From Psilocybe cubensis (lineage: Eukaryota), in assembly GCA_017499595.2 (NCBI GenBank), contig CM038998.1, forward strand, positions 4,030,001 to 4,094,000: DNA of 64,000 bases, in the 5' to 3' direction. Shown piece by piece: positions 41,539-54,900 of the stretch. A program made the translations under genes and the position numbers. The notes below the pieces were generated by a model, which was not told the origin of the DNA, ran no database searches, and saw only the letters and a list, made by a program, of their open reading frames with translations. The first letter of the stretch is position 1, and the number at the start of each line of letters is the position of its first letter.

Positions 41539-42539
41539 ATGACCACTCTCATCACAGGCGGAACTGGCAGGACCGGACTGGGCCTCGCAAAGCTTCTGCA
41601 CGCCGCGAACTACCCAGTGCTCATCGCGACACGCACAGGGGTCGCCCCCGCGCCATTCAAAGCCGTCAAATTCGACTGGAACGACGCCTCGACGCACGAA
41701 GCCGCGTTCGACACCGCTGACCCCCCGGTCGACCGGGTGTACATCGTCGGCCCGCCTGCGAGCACCGACGTCGCGTTGCACACCAAGTTCGTCGAGCTTG
41801 CGATATCGAAAGGGGTGAAGCGCTTCGCGCTAATGTCGGCCACTGTCGTTGGGCCAGATGCGAACTCGCCGTTCCCGGCTGGTGTCGTGCATCAGCAGTT
41901 GATTGATGCTGGTGTTGACTTTGTGGTAGTGAGGCCTACTTGGTTCATTCGTAAGCAATACATCGTTTCTCTCTCCTATAGTGACAGATTTTAACCATGA
42001 ATATTCCTTGCCTCCCGCTTTGAACATGTAGAAAATTTCGACAACTTGGGCATCACGAATTTCAGCACAATATTCTCAGCGGCGCAAGATGGGAAAGTAC
42101 CTTTTGTCTCGACAGAGGATATCTCCCAAGCGGTATTCGAGGGTTTAACCGCGGAGAAAAGTCCAAACGACAGTATCTTCGTCGTGGGGCCCGAGCTCCT
42201 CACCTACGAAGATGTGAGTTTCATGCACTTGTCAGCAATCTACTGGTGCTAATCATATCATCCCTCTGAAAACAGGCGGCAAAAATCATATCTTCTGTGC
42301 TGGGCCGAACGATCACTTACAAACGCAACACTATCGAAGAGCAAGCGGCCTTGTACACCCAAGTCGGGGCACCAGCCGATTACGCCAAATTATTGGCAGC
42401 CTTGGACGCGGATGTGGCTAAAGGGACTGAAGAGGCTGTGTTTAATGATGCGGAGGCCGCTGCAAAAGGCCGCCTCTTTGTCGGGAAGCACACACTGCTT
42501 GAATTCTTTAAGGAAGGGAAGAATGTGCAAGCCAAATAA
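41539..42539 (+). CDS. NmrA-like NAD(P)-binding oxidoreductase (EasG/agroclavine dehydrogenase-like), copy 1; 3 exons
   Basis: MTTLITGGTGRTG Rossmann motif, KFDWND, GVKRF, VVRPTWF, DGKVPFVSTEDI, GPELLTYED. Confidence 0.9.
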
Positions 42540-42629
42540 CGAGTGGATGTGAACTGTAGAAAGTTGTTAATAATGACTGTACATTAGGACAAGTTGATTT
42601 AGTGGCTTTTTAGTTTGAAATGGAATGGG

Positions 42630-42720
42630 TTGAATGTCTTACCAATAGCTAACCGCTTCAACGCAGAGAGCGTTCTAGCTGCAATAAAGTGAAAATATCG
42701 AAGGGACTTGGAAGGAAGAA
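42630..42720 (+). repeat. 91-bp direct repeat, left of kinase copy 3
   Basis: Ungapped match to 46436-46526 (13 mismatches counted by eye). Confidence 0.85.
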
Positions 42721-43084
42721 ACCCAACCCGCTGAGTGTCTGTTGCTCCTTCTCTTATCCCCATTGAAACGACCGCCTGGACCTCGGCTAGTTTATTACAT
42801 TGACATGAAGTCAGAGCAGTGACTTAAAACGACAATACAGATAAACCAACAAAATACATTGTGGTGGTATGATTAGAACTGGAACATTGAAAGTGGGCAT
42901 AAACGGTATTTCACTGTCTCGCTGTCGGAGGAGACAAGAAACACCGAGAAATTTCGTTGACACCTGGTTTGCGCCGTCACGGGATTCAGACTAAACCAAA
43001 CAGGCACTGGCAACTCTACGCGTCTCCTCTCCCCTTGAATAAGTATCCAGCACATAACAGTAATATTCCCGTTCATTCTTTTCT

Positions 43085-45977
43085 ATGTCTACCTCTGAGG
43101 GTACCTCTACCAGCACGTTGTCTGTAACTGGTTTAAATCACGATGGTGCCACTGCTGCCGCACCTTCAACAATTACATATACTAGCACCACCCCTGATGC
43201 AGGCTTTCTGGTAGAACACGCCATCAACAACGACTCAAATGACTCTACAAGCGATAAAGGAGTCACAGCATCCAAGATTTCCGCAGATGCTGCTTTGGCA
43301 ACGAAAGTGGATGCCGACTCCAATGAGCCGAGGTGTGTGGCTTCAGCCATTGCTCTTTCTTCCTTCAGGGTGACAAGACTTCAGTAGACGCTCGGAAACA
43401 CCCCAAACCAATTGCGCGGATAACACAAACGAAAATCTTTCCATCCTTCAGTCACAGATTGCATTAGAAATGAATGACGAGTTCATCGAGTGCAGTGTCG
43501 ATGTTTTCTTCAAGCATTACCTTCCATTTGAGCCTTCAGAAGCAGCTGTTGAAGAATGTGTCCTGAGACTTCTCTGCAAGGATCATGCTCCCAATGGCGA
43601 CGCTGGTGAATGTTTCCATCCCAAACAGGCTCCTATGACGCCTAGACAATGCGCACAAATTAAGCCACTTCATAAACTTGACGACAACACAGGCCACCCC
43701 ATATTGTCGGAAGTTGTGCTAACGGTTGGGTATCCGGATACTCCTGGTCTTCGATTCACCGACTACATGAAACGGCCTGGTAGCCACGGCTCTGTGGAAA
43801 AGACAGTATTTGCTCCCTTGAAGACTATTGCTGATGCCGTTGGGGGCTATAGCGAGACATGTGACGGCAGGGCTCGCAACAATTTCCAGTATCTCCATTG
43901 TCCGCAGACAGTCATTTCATCGGATATAGGGGACTCTAAAAGCAGGATAGATGCCTGCTTTTCCCATGAAGGAAGTGATTTACACACCAAGTATATTGCT
44001 GTGCCTATTGAGCAGAACGTCTCCGCCGCCAACAGGAATTCAGTAAGTGTTATGCAATATTTTTACACATGCTTTTTGCCAACCTTTCCTTTAAGAACAA
44101 CCGTCAGGTAGTATCGGCAAATGTTCAAATCATGAACGATGACGTGCGGCGAATGTTCACCTATGGGGTTACGTAGTAGAAATAGACTGTGAAAAGGCAA
44201 TATTTCTGATTTTTAGTGGTTTCAGATGACCTTTGAAGGCGACAAGGCAACGCTGTGGTATCACTGTCGCTCTCATTCTGCTGTTTCGAGACAATTTAAC
44301 TTTGTCGAGGTATGCTTGTGAGGTTCTTTTGAATCGGCGAACATTACTGATCTATTAATCTCTAGAATCCGAAATTACTTGTCAAGGTGTTCCTGTCATT
44401 TCTATTCGCAACAGACGAAGAACTCGGCTACGATCCCAACGTCACTCTGGTCGAAGGCAAGAAGCGTCAGTACACTTTCACAATCCCCAGTTCTGATGGG
44501 AAATCGGCCAAGTTCTACCGCACTGTCAAAGTTATTTCTGAATATCGCTCGAACAACATTTCTGGTCGCATGGCGCGTGTATGGTTGGTCGATCGGGTTG
44601 ATTCTGAAGGCAACAAGATTGGCCCGCAATGCGTCTTGAAAGACGTCTGGCTTGCCGTAAATGCTCTCACTGAAAAGGAGATCCAGACGGCCATCTTTGC
44701 AGATATCGAAAAATACTGTCACCCCAACAAGCCAGATTACAACCTGGCATTGGATCCTCCTGAAGACTCTCCCGAGGCCTCTCTCAATGCTATCAAGATG
44801 CGAAATGCCGAGCTCGTTAAGTCTGGCAAGTACAAGCAGTACTTTCTTGACATTGAAAGTGATTATTCTGGGAAGCCATCCAAAGACGTTTTGGAGGGAT
44901 GTACTCCCGTCACAGGCTTGTTTCAGAACGCCGATGCAGATAGGATTGCATCTTTGAACGACAATTCTATTCGACCGGTAGGATCGACACCTTTTATAAA
45001 GAGTGGACAGCAACACAAGCGAACATTTACCCCCCGGAAACAATATCGCGTCATCTTCAAAGAAGTCTGCCAGGCTGTGGGCGATCTGCCTACTTTGGGG
45101 AAAGTGCTTAATATACTTAAACAAACTCTCATACGTAAGCTCCAACCTCGATTAAATTTCTACATTTATTCATGTAGACATTCGTAGCCCTTTCGCTCCT
45201 GTACTGTGCTGGCTGGGTACACAGAGACATCAGCTCAGGGAATATTCTTGCTCATCAAGAAGGCAGGATCTTGCGGGCCAAATTGTCAGACCTTGAATAT
45301 GCCAAGAGGTTTCCTCTACCTGAAGACTATGAAGGCAATGTTAATCCCAAAATCGTACTTTGTTATTTTACTTTTCTAACCGTGTTGCTGTCCTAACAAA
45401 ATTCCAGGGCACTCCTTTTTTTATGCCTGTCGAAATAATGCAAGACGTTTATCTATATAGTCAAATCGTCAACGATGACGACCTAGAATTTGCAATTCAC
45501 AACCCGACTCTTTTTATTGCCAAACAACAACACGATCTTGGTGGCCCCCGAAAAAATACTACGCAGAACAATATCTTAGAAAAACCGGTGATCTATAATT
45601 TTCAACATGATCTCGAGTCGCTTTGGTGGGTTTTAGTGTGGTCTCTAACCGCACGTGTCAGCCATCAACCTTCCAGGACCTGGGCCAACCAAGTTTTTCA
45701 ACATGATGTCGTGCCTACTCCTGAGAGGGTACGCTTTCTGAGGGCTTTGTCCAGGATCACGCTTGAAGATATCATGCTCCCATCAATCTCATTTCTGCAT
45801 GTCCTGGTGGAACTCATAAGATCTGTCATGAATATTGCGTATTCAGAGCTTGAAAGGGGCGACACATTCAGAGACACGCTGTCTTATGCCATCACTGTAG
45901 ACCGCTTTCATTTATGTTTTCAACAACTCGAGAGTGTCTCCGGCGCCCCTTGGGAGGAAACACCTCTTGTGATGTGA
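43085..45977 (+). CDS. Fungal-type protein kinase (FunK1), copy 3; C-terminal tail truncated by a 2-bp insertion
   Basis: Same motifs and introns as copies 1 and 2; GTGATGTGAACATC here versus GTGATGAACATC in the paralogues creates TGA at 45975-45977, while tail homology continues to about 46260. Confidence 0.8.
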
Positions 45978-46435
45978 ACATCTCCGCCAATGGCCCCAAC
46001 TCTGTTCAACCTGCTGATGCCGCTACAGCAGCGCCCAGTACTCCCCCACTTTTTCCTGGTCGTAAGAGACCCAATCCAAACATTGGCAAGGCGGCATCCC
46101 CAGAATCTTTTAAACCATGCTCGGCTAAAAAAGACCTCGTAGCTACACGTCTAAGCGCATCAAAACGCAGGATGATCCCAACTCAATCAGCGGCTCAAAT
46201 ATTGGAGGCAATCCAACACCGGGAAATTCTACGACAGGGCGTCGATCCAAGTCGAGTACTAGGTCGAAAACTGGGGGTCTTAGTTCATCTCAATGTAGAT
46301 AAATAACGCGCTCAATCTCTCCTTTGATATCGTCACTTTGTATCATTTTATGCTCTATATCCATTTTTTGCAATGATGTTTGTTTCACATCAAGTTGATC
46401 TTGCACAATATAGACATCATAAGCAATGGGAAGGT

Positions 46436-46526
46436 TTGAGTGTCTTACCAGTACCTAACTGTTTCAATGCAGAGATTGTTCTAGCTGTAATAAAGCCAAA
46501 ATCTCGAAGGGACTTGGAACGAAGAA
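46436..46526 (+). repeat. 91-bp direct repeat, right of kinase copy 3
   Basis: Ungapped match to 42630-42720. Confidence 0.85.
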
Positions 46527-46793
46527 GGTTATCGTCGAAGGGCAAGAGTCGTAATATAAGACACGCACATGTGATGTGTATTCTTTGCCACCTGACCTTA
46601 CCTCATAACGTGTTCATCGGGACGCGTCATTGAATATGATATACGCGTCTCACCAACCTACAAATATATTTCTCTTTGACTCATCAAGCTTCCGAGTCAA
46701 GCTTCAAGTTCTAATTCTATAGAACGATTATCTACTCGCAGCTGACAATTGAACAGTGGACTGCCGACCTCAGAAACAATGCTTGATCATGAG

Positions 46794-46912
46794 TCCCGCT
46801 TAGCTCAGCGGTAGAGCGCGTCACTAGTAATCTCCTCATGATTATATTTCTATGTTGGATTCTTTCCACCTTGGGAATGACGAGGTCAGTCGTTCAAATC
46901 GGCTAGTGGGAA
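46794..46912 (+). tRNA. tRNA-Thr(AGT), 47-nt intron (46830-46876)
   Basis: Cloverleaf: TCCCGCT/AGTGGGA acceptor, GCTC/GAGC D arm, CGTCA/TGACG anticodon stem with loop CT-AGT-A^A, AGTCG-TTCAAAT-CGGCT T arm; downstream T run. Confidence 0.9.
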
Positions 46913-47160
46913 TCCTTTTTTCCCTTTCTATGCGCTGTGTTTGCAACAACCTGCTTAATTAACGGTCAGGTACTTACTGACCTTTTTGAAACCATGATAT
47001 AAGTGTGATCATCCGCCAGTACCGCTGACTTTTCTGGGACTATTGAATTCCAGTTTGCTGTGTACCCCAATGATCGATGGGTGCCTGTAATAAAAAGTCA
47101 TTTCACCTCCAGTTGCTCTGTATATCCGTCCTGTTCAGGAAGACAGAGTCAAGCATGCGT

Positions 47161-47227
47161 ACCCACTAGCGGATTGGAACGACTGACCTCGTCTAGTGAC
47201 GCGCTCTATGGTTGAGCTAAGCCGGGC
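47161..47227 (-). pseudogene. Degenerate tRNA-Thr copy lacking the intron and part of the anticodon arm
   Basis: Minus strand GCCCGGCTTAGCTCAACCATAGAGCGCGTCACTAG|ACGAGGTCAGTCGTTCCAATCCGCTAGTGGGT; D-loop GG and B-box altered. Confidence 0.85.
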
Positions 47228-47784
47228 GTGATGTAGATGAGCGTAACATCTCAACCTATGTATAAGGAATTTGTTGAAGTTTTTTATCGCAGTCGTGAGC
47301 AAAATAAAATAGAACTTGGGACTAGGCGTTGAAATCATAATCACGTCCACCTTTAGGCTTGAAGGCAAGAAAATATATTTTACCCCCACTTTATCTCCCA
47401 AATCCCCTCTAATTAGAAATTCCCACCTACCAAACCTCCCATTTTCACACAAGCTAACAGTCAAAATTCTCAGCTTGTACTTCTTTGGGATGCAATCCAG
47501 TAAAATTTGGTTCTTTGGGTGATTTTTGGAAAGTATGAGATTATCAATGCTCGGGGATGCGTAATGTACAAGACAATATCTGAATAATACCAATAACATC
47601 CAATGCTGTTAACTGACCTCACGAGTTCGAAGTCACCGGAGACCGTATAAATTATATTACCATTGTGAACGAAGAGCTTCTCTTGTTTACTGGAGACCTC
47701 GACCCTCTCAGAACTACAATAACAACAACTCATACCGACTATTCCGACTACCATCGATCATCCATCCATCTGAGTACATCCAAC

Positions 47785-48840
47785 ATGACGACTTTAATAA
47801 CAGGAGGGACAGGGCGGACCGGACTCGCACTCGCCCATTTATTGCACGACGCGAAGCGTCCACTCGTCATCGCGACGCGCGCCGGAGCGGCGCCCGCACC
47901 ATTCACCGCCGTCAGATTTGAATGGTATGACTTCGACTCACACGTAGCCGCGCTTTCCGCCCATGATAATGCCACACCAACATCAAAGATCGACCGGGTG
48001 TATATAGTCAAACCGCCGCTCACCACTGACGCGGTGGTCGTCACCTCCTTTATCGACCTGGCGATTTCAAAGGGCGTCACGCGCTTCGTGCTATTGTCGT
48101 CGACGCAGGTTGGGCCTGATCCAAGTTCTAATTCGCCCGGGAGCGTGATACACCAGTACCTAATCGACAGAGGAGTCGAGTACGCCGTTCTACGGCCAAC
48201 GTGGTTCATGCGTACGTGTCCTTCTCTTTTGCTATACAACCCTTCGCATGGAGAAATCTGTAGACTCTGCATGTACTTACTAGCTGATCCATGCATTATA
48301 TCATCCAGAAAATTTCGATGCGAATTTCAAGAGAAGCATCAGAGACTACGATTACATTTTCTCTGCGACGCACGACGGCAAAATACCATGGGTGTCCACG
48401 GACGACATCGCACAAGTTGCATTCGAGTGCCTCACCGCTACGCAAAGCCCCAACAAAGACATTTTCGTCGTTGGCCCTGAATTGCTATCTTACGAAGACG
48501 TCAGTCAAGACTCCCCGACTCCTCTTCCATTCTTCCTTCTCGTCGAAGCCAGACACTGATTGATGCTATACAGGTTGCAGCTATCGCATCGAAAGTCCTC
48601 GAACGGCCCATAAGATTTAAACGATACACCCTCGAAGAGCAGGCTGCGTTCTACATCAGCCTCAAGTGGGACCCCAAATACGCCAAGTTTCTAGCGGAGC
48701 TGGACACAAAGATCGCCCAGGGGTCCGAAGAGGCGGTGTTTGTCGACCCAGAAACGGAAAAAAATGGTCGAAAGTACGTGGGGAAGCGTACGCTTTTTGA
48801 ATATTTTGTGGCAAATAAGAAGTTGTGGATTAAACAGTGA
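47785..48840 (+). CDS. NmrA-like/EasG-like oxidoreductase, copy 2; 3 exons
   Basis: MTTLITGGTGRTGLALA, IDRVYIV, AVLRPTWFM, DGKIPWVSTDDI, GPELLSYED; same intron positions as copy 1. Confidence 0.9.
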
Positions 48841-49787
48841 TGATATGCTTTGGATGTAATTGTGTATGATAACTTGAACTCGCGGGTGAGCGCGGGTGTA
48901 TATGTGTTGCTGTATTTTCATCGGAGACAGAGCTTCTTTTTGTATGAATATACGATGAATATCGTCAGTGTAATTTTGAACGAAAGGGATATCAGGACTC
49001 ACCTTCATATGTCATATGTCTGCCCATGATGTAAAACAGTCACAGAATGACCAAGGATAAATCGGAAGACTTGTATCGTAAAATGTATTGAGTTGGATAT
49101 TAGTAGGAAAAGCTGTCGATGGAATTCATCTGGAATAATTGGCTATTGGGCAAAGAGGGGGTCGATATAGCCTTGTCCACCGAGCGCTTGCAAGTTTTCC
49201 AGTGTCAGTTGTAGTGCCTTTGATACCACGGGTGTCGATATCATCTTGCGTTACAAAATCAGCACACAGAGTCCGGTTGGGTGAATTTCGGTCAACGGCA
49301 GCAGACGTTGCCAATCTTGCAGAATCTACTGAGATGAGATAAGGCTTGAGTTCAAGGAACGATAATACGTGAAGCAGTATCTCGACAAGTAGGTGTGGTG
49401 GGAGCACATGAGAGATGTTCAACTAGCAGCATTGATTTGGAAAGGTTTGGCTTGTTAAGGATTGTACCGGGAGACGCATTGAGAGAAAGACTTTTCTGTT
49501 TCTAGAGAACCTTTGGGGGTTTGAAAATGGACGGAGAAGTTGACCACAACGTCGAACTGATGTGCAAAGAGTATCGCCATTGTCTCGAGCCAGCAGCGGA
49601 TTCAGTGAAAGAAATCCAGCGCGTGTATCTTCCAAGGGTTTGAATGTCACGACACTAGATGGTTCATGTTAGAGAAAAGAATAAGTGAAACGACAAGAAG
49701 GACAAGTGCGAGTCAAATTTGAGTCTTTGACTGGGCCTCGGGAGTTGCCTTGCGGGGCATAATTGCAAAATAGGAAACCCAACTATG

Positions 49788-49873
49788 TCCCGCTTAGCTC
49801 AGCGGTAGAGCGCGTCACTAGTAACCATCACGTGGTTATGACGAGGTCAGTCGTTCAAATCGGCTAGTGGGAA
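49788..49873 (+). tRNA. tRNA-Thr(AGT), 14-nt intron (49824-49837)
   Basis: Exons identical to the 46794 copy; downstream T run. Confidence 0.92.
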
Positions 49874-50703
49874 TCTATTTTTGGCGCTCGCTGTTTCATA
49901 GTGTATGGACACCCAGACTATGAAAGGCTTTCATTTAGCGCACAGATGATGTCGCTTCCGTCATCTGGATTCCGTGCTTTTTTAAATAGTAGAAGGCGAT
50001 CTGTCTATGGTACTTAGTAAGTTACTCTATTTCCCAGAGTTCTATTTCCCAGAGTTGTCATCGAAGAGAGATTTTCAACCGACAAATCTATCTTCTGAGT
50101 AGAAATGCACTGCAATAATCAATAGTTGTAGATCAACCACATAGTTAGATTGGTATATTTTATGTCATTATGGAGATGCCATATCATCGCAATGCGCATA
50201 CAAGATGAAAATACAAAGAAGAACAGTTTTGATGAGACCCTTCGATTTCATTTCCATCATGTCTGACACTGAGGCTTCTCATCAAATCAAACCATACACT
50301 TGCTAGAAATACGGGTAGATTAAGTCGCTAACAAGGATCTGGAACTCATTATTGTAATCAAGCTTGGACCGAAAGCATCTCGTCTTCATTACAGACAGCG
50401 CCAGAAACTTAGCCTCAAGAATCGAACCTGCTAGCTGAAGTACTAAAAGATCCGTTCCGGCTTCGCAGTAATTGGCGCCTAGAGCAGAGGATGTAACCAG
50501 GCTGTACGAGTACTAGGTGCACTTTTCTACTTTAACTTACCGCGACGCAGTCAATTCCGATTATCTGATTTAATGCAACTTACCTGGCTGGAACTTTTGA
50601 CGGAGTCCGGGCAGCCGATTTATCTCGGTGCGCGCTATTGCACCAATGATGATAGTTAGTAGGCTAGCTAAGGAAACATAGTGTCGTCGTCTAAAAACGA
50701 TCA

Positions 50704-51605
50704 TCACCTAACTGATGTTGAGATGGGCTTGCTCTGGATGACCCTAGTCGGCTTTAACAAGTTAGAAACGATAAACTCGCCATCTACCGACAAGCGTATC
50801 TCATGAGTACGCAGGGCGATTCCTTGTGATAATGAAATAATGAGAAACCTACTGGGCAAGTCGTTGAGATCGGCCCTCTTCTCGGCTTCAATCGTATTTT
50901 CTGTGATCCCTGTGAGCACATGGCGTACAGCCAACCTCCTCCTGGCTTCGGCTTTATCAACTTCGATGAACCATCTCTCATCCAATAGGAGGCCACCTTC
51001 ACTCCAAGGTGGAATGGACAGGAACACATATAATCCTTCTATAATCACAATTCGATGATAAGGGTGTATAGACACTGCGTCCAGGGTTGGGTCCTTCAAA
51101 GCATGATCGAAAGAAGGTGCTGTGATTACACCAGCAAAGCTGGTATCGCGAACTTTCTTTAGAAATGTGATGTATGCAGCACCATCAAAGGTCCAGTGAA
51201 TTCCTCTTCGATCGTGAGCTGTACGTGGGTCAGGAAGAAGGTCCAGTTGAGCACGGGAAAGGTGCCATCCATCAAGTCCAACAAGGATGGCTTGCTCGTG
51301 CTCGGGGAAACCAATGTCACCACTTGCGTTCTGGATGTTTGCAGGAGTTTCTCCGCTGGTCGTTGAATTGGTAACCCAACGTTCTCTTAGAAGACTGTTG
51401 ACGCGCTCCACTAATAGATGAGAAAACGTCGATTTCCCGGAGGCTGGTATTCCTGCTATTCCTACAATGAGACGCTGCGCAGCAGGCGTGCTTGTGGAGA
51501 TGCATGCATTATTGCGGTTCTATATAGCAAAGAAATGGTTTAGGTTGCATACCAGTCTAACTTATGGAGCAAGTAGCGCGCCAACTCTTCAACATCTTCC
51601 TCCAT
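50704..51605 (-). CDS. P-loop NTPase, YFH7/pantothenate-uridine kinase-like; multi-exon
   Basis: RLIVGIAGIPASGKST Walker A, LDGWHL, RRGIHWTFDG, PSFDHALKDP, IVIIEGLY, LDERWFIEVD. Confidence 0.85.
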
Positions 51606-51967
51606 TACGGGTATAGTTACTGTGCCGATACTCTCTTTCGATGCAGGTGGTGAGAGGATGAGATGGGCTGTGTGAAGAGAGTAAAGCTGTGTTTTAATTG
51701 GTTTAGATCTCCGTCTCGGTTCCTATAGGCAGCATCGATAATATGGGAGAAGGCCGATTCAGTTATACAGGGGTAGGTATCGTCGCTTGCACAGCTTGAA
51801 TTGGATGACCTGCGGTGTGAGGCTCTGACGTGCCATCTGTCACTTATATGTCCAAAAACTTCTCTAAGTATCCTGGAAACATTCTTTGACCGTGACTCCT
51901 ACTTTTCAACTAATTCTTCTATTGAAACTTTCGGGATCCTATTCAAGAACTACATAATACATTTGTA

Positions 51968-54900
51968 ATGGCGAGCTCCAGCTCAACTAATACCACTGGC
52001 AGAGTGTTAAAAAGGTGCGGCGATAGAGATCTTTCTGATATTCTACGATGTCCTGATTGTGGTCGACGCTGGACAGAGCGCACCCCTCTACCATCCAAGA
52101 CAAATTTCTCGTTGGGTACCAAGGATGGTGAGTGAAAAGTTTCGAGTAGTTAGGTGTAGGGTCTCTCTGAAGATAGGCCTCTCACTTGTCCTCGTCCTTT
52201 ATCAATGTTATAGGTTTACTTGCCACGGCGATGGAGAACCTGTTGGACCAGGCCACCATGGTTGGCTACACTGGTTCAATTACCCAATACCTGATGGTGG
52301 AAGACCCAACACCGATGTCTGGCCAGATGTCTCATCCTACTCCCCCTCCGAACTCTACCCTGCACCAGGGCTCAAGACAAAGGCTGGAGAACCCGTCTTC
52401 TTGTTCTCATCGCGCAATGCAAAAACCGTCCAAAGGTACATGGGCGCCCTACAGTAACTGCTATCAATCAATTCATCTCAACTTTATAGGCATTTTCATT
52501 GGATGGCCGAACATGGAGTGGACGGTGCGTTCCTGCAGAGATTTGCCGGACAGTGCGACCTCGAAGCTGGCAACGAAGGCATCATGCGTATTCGAGATGA
52601 GGTCGGAGAGCGCGTTCGGGAAGCAGCAGAGAAAGAAGGCCGCGTGTTTGCAATTATGTGAGTCCCATTAACAACTGTTCATCTTCTCGGCGCTCCTCGA
52701 GCTTTCCCCTGACATATGCCATGATCCATCATCAAACCCAGGTACGACGTGTCAGGCGTAGCTCCAGACCGCATACAACGTATTCTCGAGCGCGATTGGG
52801 TGCATCTTATTCGTAATAAAGGTGTCTTGGACAGTCCAAACTACCTTAGGGAGAAAGGGAAGCCTGTCGTCGCACTATGGGGTGCGTTCATTTAGACGTG
52901 TATTTCACCTGAACTTGACTTATACATAACGTAGGCTTCGGTTTCGACAACTCTGGACACACACCCGAGCTCGTGCATGCAATAACCCAGTTTTTCCGAG
53001 ACACGACGCCAGGCGGTGCTTATATCATGGGCGGTACACCTGCGAGTTGGCGAACTGCGGAAGGAGATGCAGATAGGAATCCAAATTTCTTGAATGTATG
53101 GCTAAATGACTTTGATGCTATTTCCCCATGGACGATTGGGAGGTATTGTACTGAGCAGGAAGCAGATGGATTTGCAGAGTCAAAGATGAAGGGAGATGTT
53201 GACATGATCAAGAGACATAATGACGAAGGTAGAGGAAGAAAGGTGGATTATATTCCAGTAGTATTCCCAGGAGGATCGGTGCGTACAAAGTCTCTGCTGG
53301 TGCATATGATACATTGGAATGACACTATGAACAGGGATGTAACTTATCAGAAGGCAAGTGGGGATTCAATAATATCAAACGAAACGGTGGCCGTTTTTTG
53401 TGGAAGCAAATATTCAACGCAAAGCGACTCGGAGTTCGTACACTATACGGTGCAATGTGGGATGAGTAAGGAAACCAGTTTGTTTTTTCGACATAATACA
53501 TGCTGACCCTCCAATGCACCTAAACAGGTACGACGAAGGCACGGCCTTCATGCCTATCGTTGAACATAAACGAGATCTTCCTGAATCAGACAACTATCGA
53601 TTTATGGCCCTTGATGAGGATGGATATGATGTGCCATCTGATTGGTTCGTCACAACTCTTTGCTTCACATCTCCGCACATATTGATGACATCTTCTGTGC
53701 AATACGAAAATAGGTATATGAGGATTTGTGGGTTTGCTGGAGAAGGTTTACGCAGTGAAAGAAGGATACATGAGACGTTTCCAGTGAAAGAATTGCAAGA
53801 CTATTGGTCTTCGCGTCCCAGGTATGAGGAAGTGAGCCACAAATCTGGCGATTTTGTTTCTGGTCCATCATATGCAGCTGGTAGTGTTGCTGGCGCAGGT
53901 GGCAGCGGCGCACCGACAGTTGATGTCGAAGGGCAGAGTTACGCAGAATGGCTTGCGGCGCAGAAGGAAGAAAAGGAGGAACTTCCTCCTCCACCGTATA
54001 GTCTTGAAGCTGAAGAGGAACCATCTAGCTCAACTGTAGCTCCTACTAATGCAGCAGCACAAGCGAACGTGTTTGTCCCTGCTGCGACCCCTCTTGGTAT
54101 GTCATCTGGATCTGCTCCTCTAGCTCCTGTCGGACATACATCAACCGCTACGATGGCAAATGCACCCCAATCTTCCACACCTCACCCTCAGAGTACAGGG
54201 TCACTAGCTGCCAATTCGTCAGGGTATGTGAGATCTTCTGATTCTTCCGTCCCTATTGCCAGCGGTCCCGGGGCACCTCAACACCATCAGCAAGATCCAA
54301 TCGCAAACCTTACGCATGGTTTTGAACGGCAAAGTATCTCAGATTCGGTATATCAAAATAGCGGAGGTGCTGCAATTGGTGGAAATTCATCTGCTGGAAC
54401 ATCTTCACCGACCCATACATCTCACTCGGTGGCTTATGACCATGCACACGCACCTCCTATGCATGTCAGCGGTAGGCATTCGCGTCCTTCTAGTCAATCA
54501 GGCACCATTTCCCCGGTTCCGAGACCCTCATCGCAGCAAAATTACCAACATAATTCTCCTGTTTCCTCTGCTGTTCATGTGCGGCCATCAGGTCAGGCTA
54601 ATGCGACAGGCTCATGGTCTCAAGGCCAGTGGCCGCCTCCAGACTGGAATGTGCGTCCCAATCAGACGGTAAACGCTCCCCCTAGTGTACCTCATTCAAC
54701 GTACCCAACTCAGTCCGGTGGGGCGAATTTGACGAGGCCTCAGTCGTTCTCTGCTTCTTCAAACGTAGTTGTAGGGGCGTCTCTGCGCCCGAATTCTACG
54801 ATTAGTGGGCGACCATCCTCGGCAGCTTCTAATCCCATTTCTGCTGGAACCTACACTGGAGCATCTAATTCCGGACACCGTCCAGCGTCTCCCTATTCCA

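Noticed and set aside
44402..45145. 247-aa minus-strand ORF and similar ORFs opposite kinase copies 1 and 2
   Set aside because: Antisense shadows of the kinase exon, broken differently in each paralogue.
46794..46912. Reading the tRNA as Tyr(GTA) or a CTA suppressor
   Set aside because: With the intron after position 37 in all three copies, the 7-nt loop is CT-AGT-AA, which centres AGT.
41539..48840. Ergot-alkaloid cluster suggested by the EasG-like genes
   Set aside because: No DMATS prenyltransferase, NRPS or other eas genes in the window; the family is widespread outside such clusters.
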